DNA of 64,000 nucleotides from positions 34,162,001 through 34,226,000 of the forward strand of contig CM060733.1 in assembly GCA_030704615.1 (NCBI GenBank), in the 5' to 3' direction. How positions within the stretch are numbered: the stretch's first letter is position 1; each line of letters starts with the position of its first letter. The notes beneath the pieces were generated by a model. That model was not told the origin of the DNA, did not search any database, and saw only the letters and a program-made list of their open reading frames with translations. The position numbers and the translations under genes are program-made. The stretch comes from Takakia lepidozioides (lineage: Eukaryota > Plantae > Bryophyta). Below, in pieces: positions 38,901 to 49,873 of this stretch.

Positions 38901-40055
38901 GCGACTGATGGTATCTTCCGACAGCTCCGTGGTTGCCGAGTCATGTTCAATTGTCGGGCTTCGTGCACTTCTTGGCCATGTGCCCGGGCTCCCCGCAATT
39001 GAAACACACTCCATCAAAGGTCGCCTTCTGTCCGCCATAAGCCGCTCCACCCGCTTTTCCTTTCGAAGCACCGGGTGCCGCCTTGACGTGTGAAGGCCCT
39101 CCCTTCGATTTCCACGTGCCATTGTCGCCGCGTGGCCTATCCCACTTCTTTTCCGGTCGGAAGGAGTCACCTTCCCGCCGGGTCTTCTTGTGGTTCAGCT
39201 CCGTACGGCCTTGTCTTCACCCCTAGGGACATCCGAGAAACATTCAGCCCTCTCAATTGCCTCGTTCAAAGTCTTGGGTGGCTTCTCCTCCAACTTCCGC
39301 CGGCCCATGGGGCCAGTCCCGCCACAAAGTTGAAGACCATTTCTGGTTCTGCCATGTCCGCGACTTCGAGCAACAGCACATTGAAAGCCTGGACGAATGT
39401 CATCTGTTTGCTTCAAATTCCTCATCTGTCCCGGGCAAGCCAGGACGCGTTGAGGGGCACAAACTGTCTCTTCATCAATTCCTTGAACCCACTCCAGTTC
39501 AAGGTTTCCGGGCTTGGACCTCGGTCGTGAAGGCGTTTCTGCCACCATTGTTGAGCATAGCCCCTCAAATAGGTGGGAGAGCCACTTCCACCCGATCCTC
39601 GTCACTCAACTTGGCCGCCCGGAAGTACTGCTCCAGCTCCAGAGCCAGGTGTTGAGTGCCTTCCGATTTCGGACGCCCTCGAAGGTGCCGGGTTCCTTAG
39701 GCTTCACCTTAAACTTTGCCTTAGTGGAAGTGGCATTAGCCGCCTTCAACACGTCTTTCAACGTCCCGCCAAACTGCGCCAACAACCCTTCCCAAAAGGC
39801 TGCCGGCATGGGAGGCATCTCTTGGTTTGTCGGAGCTCAAGGATTCCTCGGGCTCCGACTCCTCGGATTCCTCCCGCTCTTGAGCGGCCTCGTTTTCGGA
39901 AACATGCATCGCTTCCTCAAACGGCCGCCTCGGTGACACGTCGCCCCCATCGGGCTCACCAGGATCATCATCTTTTGGGCCGTTCCGCTTTCGCTTTGGC
40001 TTGCCCGACCCCATGATGAGGCCAATCCCAAGGACGATCGCGTACTGAACTCTAA

Positions 40056-40067
40056 GCTCTGATACCA
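40056..40067 (-). promoter_or_regulatory. Primer-binding site, tRNA-iMet
   Basis: Minus strand TGGTATCAGAGC, 2 nt inside the 5' LTR. Confidence 0.9.
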
Positions 40068-40069
40068 AG

Positions 40070-40761
40070 TGTCGCGCACCTCACTTCGGTAAGCTCCCCT
40101 TCAAGTCATAGTTACTCGCTTTGATGCGCGCGCCTGACTCCCAAACTGGCCGCCGGGCCAACTTGGAGCTTCGGCTGCTCACCGGGACATAACGGTCCCC
40201 TTTCGTTCTCCCAAAAACCCTCACCATTTGGACTAGGGAATTCCCTTTGGTAGATGGCAGTCCGGAACAGCTCCCCACTCTTGGTCGCTTTCCGGCTCGC
40301 TCGCTTACTCACTAGTTTTTGGTCACCAACGGGCTTGCACCGTTCTGGGGTTACTACTCCCTATATATACTTCTGTAGCTGTCCGCGGGGGTTTTCAAAC
40401 CAGCCATGCCATTTTATGGCGAACCACCACGAAGACCCTCGACTCCCGGTGGTGAGTCGCGGTGAGTCTTGGCCCATCACCACGGCCCCTATGGACCGTG
40501 ATGAGTCCCAAGACTCCCCACGACTCCCACCACGAGGTCTCCCCCCATGGTGAGTCCTATGCCACCCCCACTAAGTCCCGCTAAGCTACCACCACCCCTT
40601 GTGGAGCCACCCCCACCGCAACCCGGTGTGCGGGGCTCCACCTAGTGAGCGCCTCCGCCTCCTTGAGTGCCTTGGGCACTCAAGGGTGCTTCAGCCCCCG
40701 TACCTATCGCTGCTCACCACAGGGGCAGGTCCCGACCCCCTCAAGGCAAAGGGCCGCGACA
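40070..40761 (-). repeat. 5' LTR of the chromovirus
   Basis: Termini TGTCGCG...CGCGACA; near-identical to 33903-34596. Confidence 0.92.
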
Positions 40762-41447
40762 GAGTCCCACGCAGCAACCCCCCCCCCCCCCAAGCATCCG
40801 GGCCCTGTTGCCCAACCAGTGAGCTGTGTGGGCCTGTGCCCACGGCCTGTGCTGACTCGTGGAGGCACCTAAGGACTGGCCGAATTTTGAAGCTCGTGGA
40901 GGGCGGTTTGAGGAGGATATTCCCATGGTCATGCAAGTGAGGGAAGAGAGGAGAGGAAGAGTATGAGGGCATGCTGGGGTTAGGCATTACTTTAGCTCTT
41001 CCTCGTAGTTTCCACCCTCTCATTAGGCCAAGACCTTTCCGTAGGTGGAGCAAGAGTCAGTCCGGGTTTGGGCTGGGTGTCCTTGCAGGAGCAACACCGT
41101 GGAGTTGTTTTTGGTGTGGGGGAGTTGTCGTTCTGATTTCTTGTGTTTGGATCCCCTCCATACCCATGCTTGACGCCATGCTAGTTTTGGTGGGCTTGTT
41201 TTTATAGGTGATTGGTCCGGATTTGATCACCGGCCAGTCCTAGAGCATGCTGTCGATGGTGAGGCTGGGTGATGACCAGCCAGACCATCCTGGTGAGGTT
41301 GGAGGTGATGACCAGCCAACCATAGGAGTGCTTGCGGTGGATGCAGGTACAGGTGTAGGCTATGTTAGGAACTTAGTATTCCAAACCATAAGCCGCAACA
41401 GGTTCTCTACCCGGTTACCTTGTGGAGAGGGGGTTAGGGACATGTTC

Positions 41448-43251
41448 ATGACCGGTTGAGTGTCAACACGGAGGTGCCACTAGTTGCTGGGGACAGTGCC
41501 GGTTCGAGCACTAGCGATACTAGTGGGTACACGAGACGAGGTGTGCGGTTTAGGCCACCTTCACCTCCTGTCTTCTACGGAAGGTTCTGATTCGGATTGT
41601 GAATCAGGAGGACTCATACCGGCGGTGCAAGTTGTTTCTTTGCCATTGTTGTGGGACACAATGGAGGAGATGTATGGAGCTACCAAGGGGCCACGAAGGT
41701 ACTGGGGCGGTGGGCACCATCGAGTTGGATGATTTTATCCAAGAGTTTGATAGTTGGTGTGATTTGCAGCAAATGCGCAATCCACAACTATTTACGCCTT
41801 TCATGGCATGGAAAGGGCTGTTTCAGCACCTTGAGGGGCCCTATGGATGATTACCATGAGTTCAGGGGGGGGGCATGAGGTTGAGATCGAGGAGTGGAGG
41901 ATGTACTGGTCACCCGACTATGTCTCCATCACTAGGGGCACTAGAGCCACGAGGGCAGTGGCTACACCTGCCGCTGCACCGGCAGCTTCAGCAAGTAGCA
42001 GAGGGACTAGTGGGACTGGTGGTACAGTAGCTACGACGTCCACCCAAGCCACTACCGCACCAGCACTAGTACCCGTGCCTGCCTTCAACCCTGTTGTGGA
42101 GTTCTTCGAAGAGTTGAGAAGGAACTACCAAGGGGTGAGGACAGAGAAGTTGCGGAGCTTGCAAGAGTTCCAACGGAAGCCGACCGAGAGCTTGAGGGAG
42201 GCTTTCACTCGCATGAGGCGCTTGATAAATGTAACCCAAGGGGTTACGGAAGCTCAGGCAGTCCAATTCTGGTATGGGATATTGGACAAGGAGCTGAGGA
42301 GAAGGGCGGGATGCAACTCTCCTACAAGCGGCCCAACCCACCTTAGCAAATGTGTTTTTGCTGGCAGAGCGGATAGAGCTCAACATGGTGGAGGAACGAG
42401 TGGTCATGGGGGATTGCTAAGAGACACCACGGGGTAGTGGTGCTCCTAGCCAACCACTACCTCAACGTGCTCAAGGCAACAAGGGGGCTCAGGTGAAGCT
42501 CAGGGAAGGGCAGAGAGGACCTCAGATGCAGGGGTCTCTCCCTTCATTTGCTGGCCAACAACGGGCGGATGTGGTGTGCTGGACATGTGGAGGACCCCAT
42601 GTCAAGAAGGATTGCCCAGAGGGAGGCAAAGGGCCGGCACATGCACAGCCTGCACAGTTGCAGTGTGGGCATTGTGGCAAGCACGGGCATGGAGAGGCCC
42701 AGTGTTATGGTTTGCATCCTGAGTTGCCCAGGCCAGTTCCAAGGAACAATGGTGGCGGGGGCGAGGTGGAGCAGCCCAGAGAGGACGAGGTGGCCAGCCA
42801 CGAGGTGCAGGCCAAGGGCAAGCTCAACATGGCCAGGACGGGAGGTCAGGGGGTTGACCAAGGCATGGCCAACCGGCTTCAGCAGCTAGAGCAGAGGCTC
42901 GCTGCCATGGCTACAGCTCAGGTGGTACCGGCTCTAAGGCCGGATGGTCCACCTCCTGCTCCTGAGGGAGGAGATATGGGAGGCATGGGATTCATGTGTG
43001 GAGCAGCACTACCACTAGTGCAGGTGGAGTCTGCTGCAGCCGTGACTCGAGGAGCAGCACGAGTTCCTGAGCCACGAGGTGCAGAGGTGGAGTTGGATCC
43101 ACAGCGTGGGGAGGCAAGCCGTCAGGCTAGGCTTCCTCAGTCATTCACATTGGCGGAGACAGTGTCGACGCCATCCATGGCACCTAGTTCTCGCCCGACT
43201 GTTACCGAGGCGGAGGTTACTATGCCATTGGGGAGAGCTACACGGGGGTAG
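41448..43251 (+). pseudogene. gag with two CCHC zinc knuckles (frameshifted)
   Basis: ELDDFIQEFDSWC; LQEFQRKPTESLREAFTRMRRL (retrotrans-gag-like); CWTCGGPHVKKDC and CGHCGKHGHGEAQC. The start is approximate. Confidence 0.8.
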
Positions 43252-43315
43252 CACCACTACCTAGTGTTGCCAAGGCTACGGCAGCTAGTGTGCTGCTAGG
43301 AGCGGCCACATCTGT

Positions 43316-44011
43316 GTGCCAGGCTCCATTGTTCTCGGCTACCATGATTGCGACGCCGGGGTAAGACCAGCTGAGGTGTTCAGGCTGGCAGCTACACTCT
43401 GTGAGAGTGGGGAGGTTACTTCATCTTCTGCGGAGATAGTGGGAGGTGTAGTGCCGGAGGGATCCTCGGATTTGAGGGTCAAGACTGCCACGGCGGCGCC
43501 ATGGCAAGCTGCAGCTGCCAGGTTGATGGAGCTGCCAGCTAGGCCAGCCATTGAGCGCGCCATGGTGACACCTGGAGTTGTCATGTTAGACAACCAGGAT
43601 GGCATTTTCTGTTTGAGTGGACCGGCAGGCAAGAGGTACCGGCCACTGCGGGTCTTGTTGGACTCGGGAGCTCAGCCATTGATGCTGGGCAGAGCTGCTA
43701 TTGCAGGCTTGGGCCTCACGGAGGCGGATATGGAGCCTTGTCCTTTCCAGATACAGACGTCTCTGGGAGGATCGGAGCAGGCTCGGGGCATGACACGGCG
43801 TGAGTTGGCTATCAGACTACGGCCGGATCACCCTACAGATGGCTCAGTGATGCGAGCCAAGGCCATTGTGACAGACGCGGTCTCATACGATGTCCTGGTT
43901 GGTGGGGCAGTGTTGTACCCCATGGGCTTCACCCTGGATTTTTGGGAGGAGTCAGCTTCCTATAGGCCTGCATGGCAGTCAGGGGAGGCCGGCGTGTGCA
44001 GCTCCCTGTGA
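43316..44011 (+). pseudogene. Retroviral-type aspartic protease region
   Basis: RVLLDSGAQ catalytic motif (GAC at 43661) and downstream YDVLVGG. Confidence 0.8.
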
Positions 44012-44370
44012 CGTTCATAGGAGGAGTTGCGGTTGCCCAGCGAGGCAAGATGCCGACACTAGCAGCATTCACAGCGGCAGTGAGTTGGCCTGAGAGAGTT
44101 GCTTGAGGGCAACGCTCATTCAGAGGATGTGCCCTCCGGGAGAGCAGGATGACATGTATGGTATGGCGGAGTTGCCTACCATGGTTGCTCAGACTCCATT
44201 GTGGGGCACGAGCAAGGATTTGCAGCGGGATGCTGATCGACGGGGTGCAACAAGCCTGGGTGGAGGCTTTTGTACCGTCAGGAGAGGAGGAGAGTGCGGG
44301 GATTGCACCAGGACCACCTCAGTTGTCTCCATTGGACACCACACCTATTGTGTGGCAGTATCCGGATGAA

Positions 44371-45300
44371 GGCATTTGTCTTCTGGACTTGTTTTGGGGA
44401 TCAGCACCGGATTGGCTGCTGTGTTACAGGCAGGTGTACGAGTTCGGCGTTACCTGTATGTGGAGAGGGATGAGACTGCACGACGCGTTTCACTTCGCCA
44501 TGTTGCTCAGTTGGTGCAGCGGTACCCTGAGTTGTTGTCGGTGTCTGCAATTCGTGGATATCAGCAGGCCTTGCCAGCAGACATTTCGTTGCTGGGGGCG
44601 CAGGATTTGGAGCGGGTTGGCTCCATTGATCTGGTAGTGGCAGGTTGGCCCTGCCAAGGGCATTCATCAGCCGGGCATGGCAATGGATTGCGAGACTCGA
44701 GGTCGGGTCTGTTTTGGGAGATGGTGCGGGTTTTGCGCCACTTGCAGCTTCATCAAGCTGTATCTCCAGCATACATCTTGGAGAATGTGCCACTGATGGG
44801 CGATTCTCGGGCCAGGGTGATGGCCAGTGTGCATCAAGTCCGGTCGTGGCTTGGGTCAGCAGTGTTGCTAGATGCAGCTACAGTGGGGTCACGGGCTCAT
44901 CGTCCACGGCTATGGTGGACTAACTTGAGCCAACCCGAACTGCTCAAGCGATGCATTTGATGGGTGCAGCGGCCAGCACATCTCCCATGGATAGCATTTG
45001 GGCACTAGAAGTCCAGTCTCAGCGTGGAGACACGATGACCGTTCGCCTTTGGCAGTGGTCAACAAGGTGGGTCAACCACGAGCAGCATTACCTACACTGC
45101 TCAGCTTCCAGGATCGCATGCTTTCGGGATAGTGGACCTGGCCTCCTGTGGGATGCTTAGTTGCAGCAGTTAGTGGAGCCTAATGCTGACGAGCGTGAGC
45201 GGGCAATGGGTTTTACCACTGGTACCACGGCGGTGTCGTCTCTTCTGAGGCATCACGTCGTCAAGTGTTTGGGGCAAGCAATGGATCTCAATGCTTGACC
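44371..45300 (+). pseudogene. C5 cytosine DNA methyltransferase domain, DNMT3-like, inside pol
   Basis: Motif I LLDLF[G]GISTG (frameshift ~44395). Motif II YVERD. Motif IV DLVVAGWPCQG (Cys codon 44652). RSGLFWEMVR. Motif VI YILENV (44781). Motif VIII DAATVGSRAHRPRLWWTNL. Motif IX EPNADERERAMGF (~45175). Motif X ASRRQV[L]GQAM (~45250-45285). Confidence 0.9.
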
Positions 45301-45620
45301 TGGAATATTAGCTTGGCTCTGGCTGAGCAACGCAGAGTGCGGAGTACACTTCCTTCGATGGTCTCTCTGCCTACCGAAACGGTACAGGCAGTGAGTGGGG
45401 GCGAGCATGTGAGGACCACGGGGTGCATGCATCCATGGCACACGTGGGAGGTGCTCGAGGTTCAGAGGGAGTTGCAGCCAAGGCGGCTGTGATGGATGAG
45501 GTTGGGGATTCTTTCCGGGTTGAGGAGGTCCTCAAGGATGAGATGATGGGGCAGGATGAGGCCTTGTCATTGACTGAGCAGGCAGGGAGTACTGCTCAAG
45601 AGGTTGCAACATAGCAACCA

Positions 45621-47364
45621 TTGGACGCGTCCTCTACCTCTAAGCCCATTGGACTTAAGATTGCAGTTACGGAGGACAATTGGGAGCCTGACATTGGACC
45701 CATTGTCACCGGAGGAGAGAGACGACGTATACGGCGGTTCCTGAGGGCTTATAGGAATTGCTTTGCCTTCAATTTGAAGGACTTGGGAGCACTGAAGGGT
45801 CAAGAGATCCGTATTGAGTTGGCCACTGACACGCCAATCTTTCGGAGACCCTATAGATATAGTGACATGGAGAGGTCTTTGATTCAGATGAGGACTCAAG
45901 ATCTCTGGGAGGCAGGTTTGGTGGAGCTCTCTGGTGGAGAGTATGCTTCAGCCACAGTGATGCCAGCCAAGAAGGATGTCTACGGCAATTGGACGAAGAG
46001 ACGTATGTGCGGTGATTACCGGCCTGTAAATCGTCAGACCAAGTCCGATAAGTATGCCATGCCAACACTAGAGGAGATCTTTCATGCCATCGGGCATGCT
46101 AAGGCCTTTAGCACTTTGGATTTACGATCCGGATATCACCAGTTGTCAATCAAGGAGGCGGACAAGCAGAAGACGACATTCTGGGGGATCAATGAGCACG
46201 GCAAAGATTGCCTATATCAGTGGCGGTTCTTACCATTTGAGCTTAAGAATGCTCCTGCAGAGTTTCAGAGAGTCATGGATAGGATTCTAGCAGGGTGGAC
46301 TTTGCTCGGTGCTACATAGATGACATCATCATCTTTAGTGTTACAATGGAGGAGCATGAGAGACACCTTCAGGTGGTATTGGAGCGCTTGAGAGCGCACG
46401 GATTGAAGTTGCATCCGGGGAAGTGCAAGTTTTTTCACAACTAGATTGAGTATCTGGGTCACATGATATATCCTGGAGGATTGGGGGTACAACAGACTAA
46501 GGTAGAGGCCATTGCACAAATTCCACGCCCCACGGATGTGAGCCGAGTTCGAGCTTCATGGGGTTGGCAAACTATTATAGACGGTTTGTCAAGGGATTTA
46601 GTACCATTGCAAAGGCTCTAACCAAGCTGACCAAGGTGGACTAGGAGTGGCAGTGGGAAGATGAGCAGGAACGAGCTTTTCAAAAGCTCAAGGTGAGGTT
46701 GACCTCGGCGCCTATCCTGAGACGACCTATCAGGGGGCGTCCCTTTCAGCTGCATACGGATTGGAGCATGTTGGGGCTTGGAGCGGTGCTCACACAGGTG
46801 GATGATGAGGGAAGAGAGTTCGTAGTGGCTTATGCTAGCCGCTCGAACAACGTTGCAGGGGCTAAGTACAGCTCATATGAGGGAGAGTGCTTAGCTGCAG
46901 TGTGGGCCGTGGCACACTTCAGGTGCTATCTATACGGCAATCTTTTCACCCTTGTCACGGATCACCAACCACTCAAGTGGTTGATGGAGTCAGACAAACT
47001 TACGGGGAAGCTTGCACGGTGGGCACTCATATTCCAGGAGTATGACTTTCAGGTTGTGCATCGACCGGGTTTGGTCAATCGGGATGCGGATGGATTGAGT
47101 CGCAATCCATGCACGAGCCAACAGGATGACACTGGAGCTCGGTGGCATGGTGAGACGGACAAGGAGATGGTGCCGGGATGGCACGCATCTGCATTTTTGT
47201 GTATCTTGGCATCGGGAGGTCAGGTTGGACCTACTACAGGGATGACTGTAGACGGAGTGTCTGAGGACCCTGAGGCTAGTGATGAGCCAGGTGGGCCAGA
47301 GATATACATGAGGATTCGGCTGTGTTGGACTATCTCCGCACGGGAAACACGGCAGCCACTGTGA
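45621..47364 (+). pseudogene. Reverse transcriptase and RNase H (gypsy type)
   Basis: [49 protein letters not shown] (46313-46324, after a frameshift), LHTDWS..GLGAVL, VVAYASR, YSSYEGECLA, VTDHQPL, ADGLSR. Confidence 0.93.
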
Positions 47365-48760
47365 CTGCCAGGGAGAGGGATCGGATCCTGCAACGAGCCA
47401 AGAGGTTCAAGTGGGAGGGGATACATCTACTTCGAGTGTGGGAGGATGGTCGGGTGAGGATTGTGCCTCACCCCACACAACGTGCACGGTTAGTGCGGCA
47501 TGCCCATGAGGAGTTGGGGCATTTTGGAGTGCGACGCACTCACAGTTTACTGCAGGGGCAGTATTGGTGGCGTGGTATGCATACAGAGGTGCAACAGTTC
47601 GTGGCTAGGTGCATGGTGTGTGACAGGGTGCGTGCTTCATTCAACGCCCCTATACCACAGTTGCATCCTTTACCAATCATGGGATTGGGCTACAGGTGGA
47701 GTCTTGACTTCGCAGGACCGTTGCCACTGACTATGCGCCACCACAGATATGTGTTGGTGATGGTGGAGCACTTCTCCAAGTGGATTGAGTTGGTTCCATT
47801 GCCTGACAAGGCTAATGAGGGGGCTGCGTATGTATTCTTGGATCGTGTGCTTAGCCGATTTGGTGCTCCAGCTAAGGTACTCACGGACCAAGGGAGAGAG
47901 TTCTTGGGGGAGTTTCAGGCTTTGTGTGATAAAGCCTTGATAGACCACCGCACCACTTCTCGGATCATCCTGAGGCCGATGGCTTGGCAGAGAGAGTTGT
48001 TCAGACGGTGAAGAGGGGTTTGCGCAAGTAGGGTTTGCGCAAGTATGGCTTGCAGAAGGGACACCTAGGAGATTGGGATCTTCAGGTTCCTTGGTTAGCC
48101 ATGGGCTACAGGTTCAGCAAACAAACATCACTTGCCTCCTTCTCACCATATTTCCTTCTCTTTGGCCGAGAGCCGGATTTGCCTGCAGCCATTCGTAGGG
48201 ACACTGCTCAAGTCCTTAACCTTGACAATCCGGACGTGTGGGTACGTGCATGTGATCAGCGTGCAGAATTGTTCAAGAAAGTCATGCCCATGGCTTTTGA
48301 GAACCTTGCCATTGCACAGCACCGTGATACGTTGAGGTATGCCACTATACGTTGTGGAGGATATCGTCCTGGGGTTCGGAGGTTTAGCCCTGGTGACTAT
48401 GTTTATTTGCAGCAGACTGCTCCTACGACTCTGGATGTTACTGCAGGGCGTGTTATTCTGAGGGTTCGAGAGGTGTTGCCCTCAGGGGTCCTGATCTTGG
48501 AGGGTCGGGATGGCATGACTTGGAAGGACCATGTGCGTAATTGTGCCCCATGTCACCTTCCCAATGTCGATGGCAGAGTTGACCCAAACTTGGCAGTGGT
48601 ACCTGCAGGTTTGAGGTGCATGCTTTGTGGGTCTGCCAAAGGGGCAGCCACCATGCTGGTGTGTGATCGATGCTCAAGGGGTTGGCATATTGGATGTTTG
48701 ACACCACCTTTTGAGAAGGTTCCTGACGGAGATTGGTTGTGTCCACACTGCTTGGGATAG
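47322..48760 (+). pseudogene. Integrase (HHCC + DDE) with C-terminal PHD finger
   Basis: HEELGHFG..CMVC; SLDFAGP; TDQG; ADGLAERVV. C4HC3 PHD: CMLCGSAKGAATMLVCDRCSRGWHIGCLTPPFEKVPDGDWLCPHC, stop at 48760. A 15-bp duplication at 48016-48045 creates a TAG. Confidence 0.92.
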
Positions 48761-49019
48761 CGGCAGTGGACACGACTGGAGGCAGCTAACAAGACATGGG
48801 AGGCCAAGCTCATGGAGTCAATACATGAGATCCCAAGCTCAAGTTCACATGTTGCAAGACGGCCACTAACGATGGGGCAACTCTTGCATCCGGCCTCTTG
48901 ATCTATCGAGTTTGAATGTAGTAGGGATAGTGGTGGAAGACTTAGTGAGACTATGGTCACTATCACATCTTGTGGCTACCTGGACTTAGAGGGACCTAAG
49001 CACCAGCTAGGGGGGCGAT

Positions 49020-49716
49020 TGTGTGGACTAGTGACTGCCATAGTGGGCAGCATAGTGGCAGCCTAGTGACTGACTAGTTGTAGCCTAGTGGTTGGACTAG
49101 TGGCTGGACTAGTGGTGGACTAGTGGTATACTAGTGTGTGGTGTGCACATGTGTTGTGTGGTTTTGGACAGCGATGTAGTTGTGTAGCGATATGTATGCG
49201 CACAACAGCTGTCAAGTTATTTTACCACTAGTGTGAAACTAGCTAGGAAATAGCTAGCTTTTACATATTGACATTTGGGATTGGCCCAAGTGTCAATCCA
49301 GGGGTCAAGACAGATTTAGGCCCTGGAGTGGTTATCTTCACGGCAAGCGCGAGAGGCTCATCTTTCTCGAGTTGAGCCTCACCGCGCCTAGCTATGGCGC
49401 CGTAGTGTGGATTCCCCATGGCGTGGGGTGCACTTGGCTTGACTTGTATTTGAGTGATGAGGTTATATATGCATGAGTTTATGCTTCAGATTTGTGAGCT
49501 CGTGCTTGTATTCTTCTTCTTTATCTATTGTGTGGACTAGTGACTGCCATAGTGGGCAGCATAGTGGCAGCCTAGTGACTGACTAGTTGTAGCCTAGTGG
49601 TTGGACTAGTGGCTGGACTAGTGGTGGACTAGTGGTATACTAGTGTGTGGTGTGCACATGTGTTGTGTGGTTTTGGACAGCGATGTAGTTGTGTAGCGAT
49701 ATGTATGCGCACGACA
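49020..49716 (+). repeat. Putative 3' LTR with ~188-bp terminal direct repeats (49020-49207, 49529-49716)
   Basis: Begins TGTG right after the purine tract AGGGGGGCGA and ends ACA. The two blocks are near-identical. TATA-like TTATATAT at ~49463. Confidence 0.7.
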
Positions 49717-49873
49717 ACCCACCTCTCATTTGACTCCTCTTAACGCTAGTTTGATAGTTCTAGTCTTCCTCCCCCTTGGGTGGTTCCAAGTCCCAACGTC
49801 TAGAAGGCTGCTGAGCCCCACACGTGTCATCCCCATAAAACCCTACTCTCACCACTTGACATTTGTACACTAA

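Larger units (their letters stand above)
33903..40761 (-). mobile_element. Ty3/gypsy chromovirus (Galadriel/Reina-like) with frameshifted gag-pol and a chromodomain
   Basis: Two ~690-bp LTRs, tRNA-iMet PBS and PPT. Gag (KVKPKEPGTFEG), protease (LLVDTGASHSF), RT ([17 protein letters not shown]), RNase H (AYESKKLN..EKEM), integrase (CHDSPLAGH..CTTC, SMDF, SDRD, TDGQTER) and chromodomain. Confidence 0.95.
40762..49716 (+). mobile_element. Ty3/gypsy LTR retrotransposon encoding a DNMT3-like C5 DNA methyltransferase and an integrase-linked PHD finger; decayed, 5' LTR not found
   Basis: Collinear + strand domains: gag ~41450-43250, protease ~43661, C5-MTase 44371-45300, RT 45700-46600, RNase H 46693-47110, integrase 47322-48400, PHD 48617-48751, PPT 49009-49018, TG...CA LTR-like end 49020-49716. 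The 5' boundary is uncertain. Confidence 0.9.

Noticed and set aside
44371-45300. Bacterial restriction-modification gene or contamination
   Set aside because: It is embedded in a gypsy pol between protease and RT, has DNMT3-like motifs VIII-X, and is flanked by spliced plant genes.
41448-49716. DIRS/tyrosine-recombinase element (these often carry methyltransferases and split repeats)
   Set aside because: A DDE integrase with HHCC, an aspartic protease, RT-RH-IN order and a PPT are present. No tyrosine recombinase is seen, and the MTase is C5-type rather than N6-adenine.
49020-49716. Independent TRIM with 188-bp LTRs
   Set aside because: No PBS or PPT in the internal segment on either strand and no TSD. 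It sits right after the large element's PPT.
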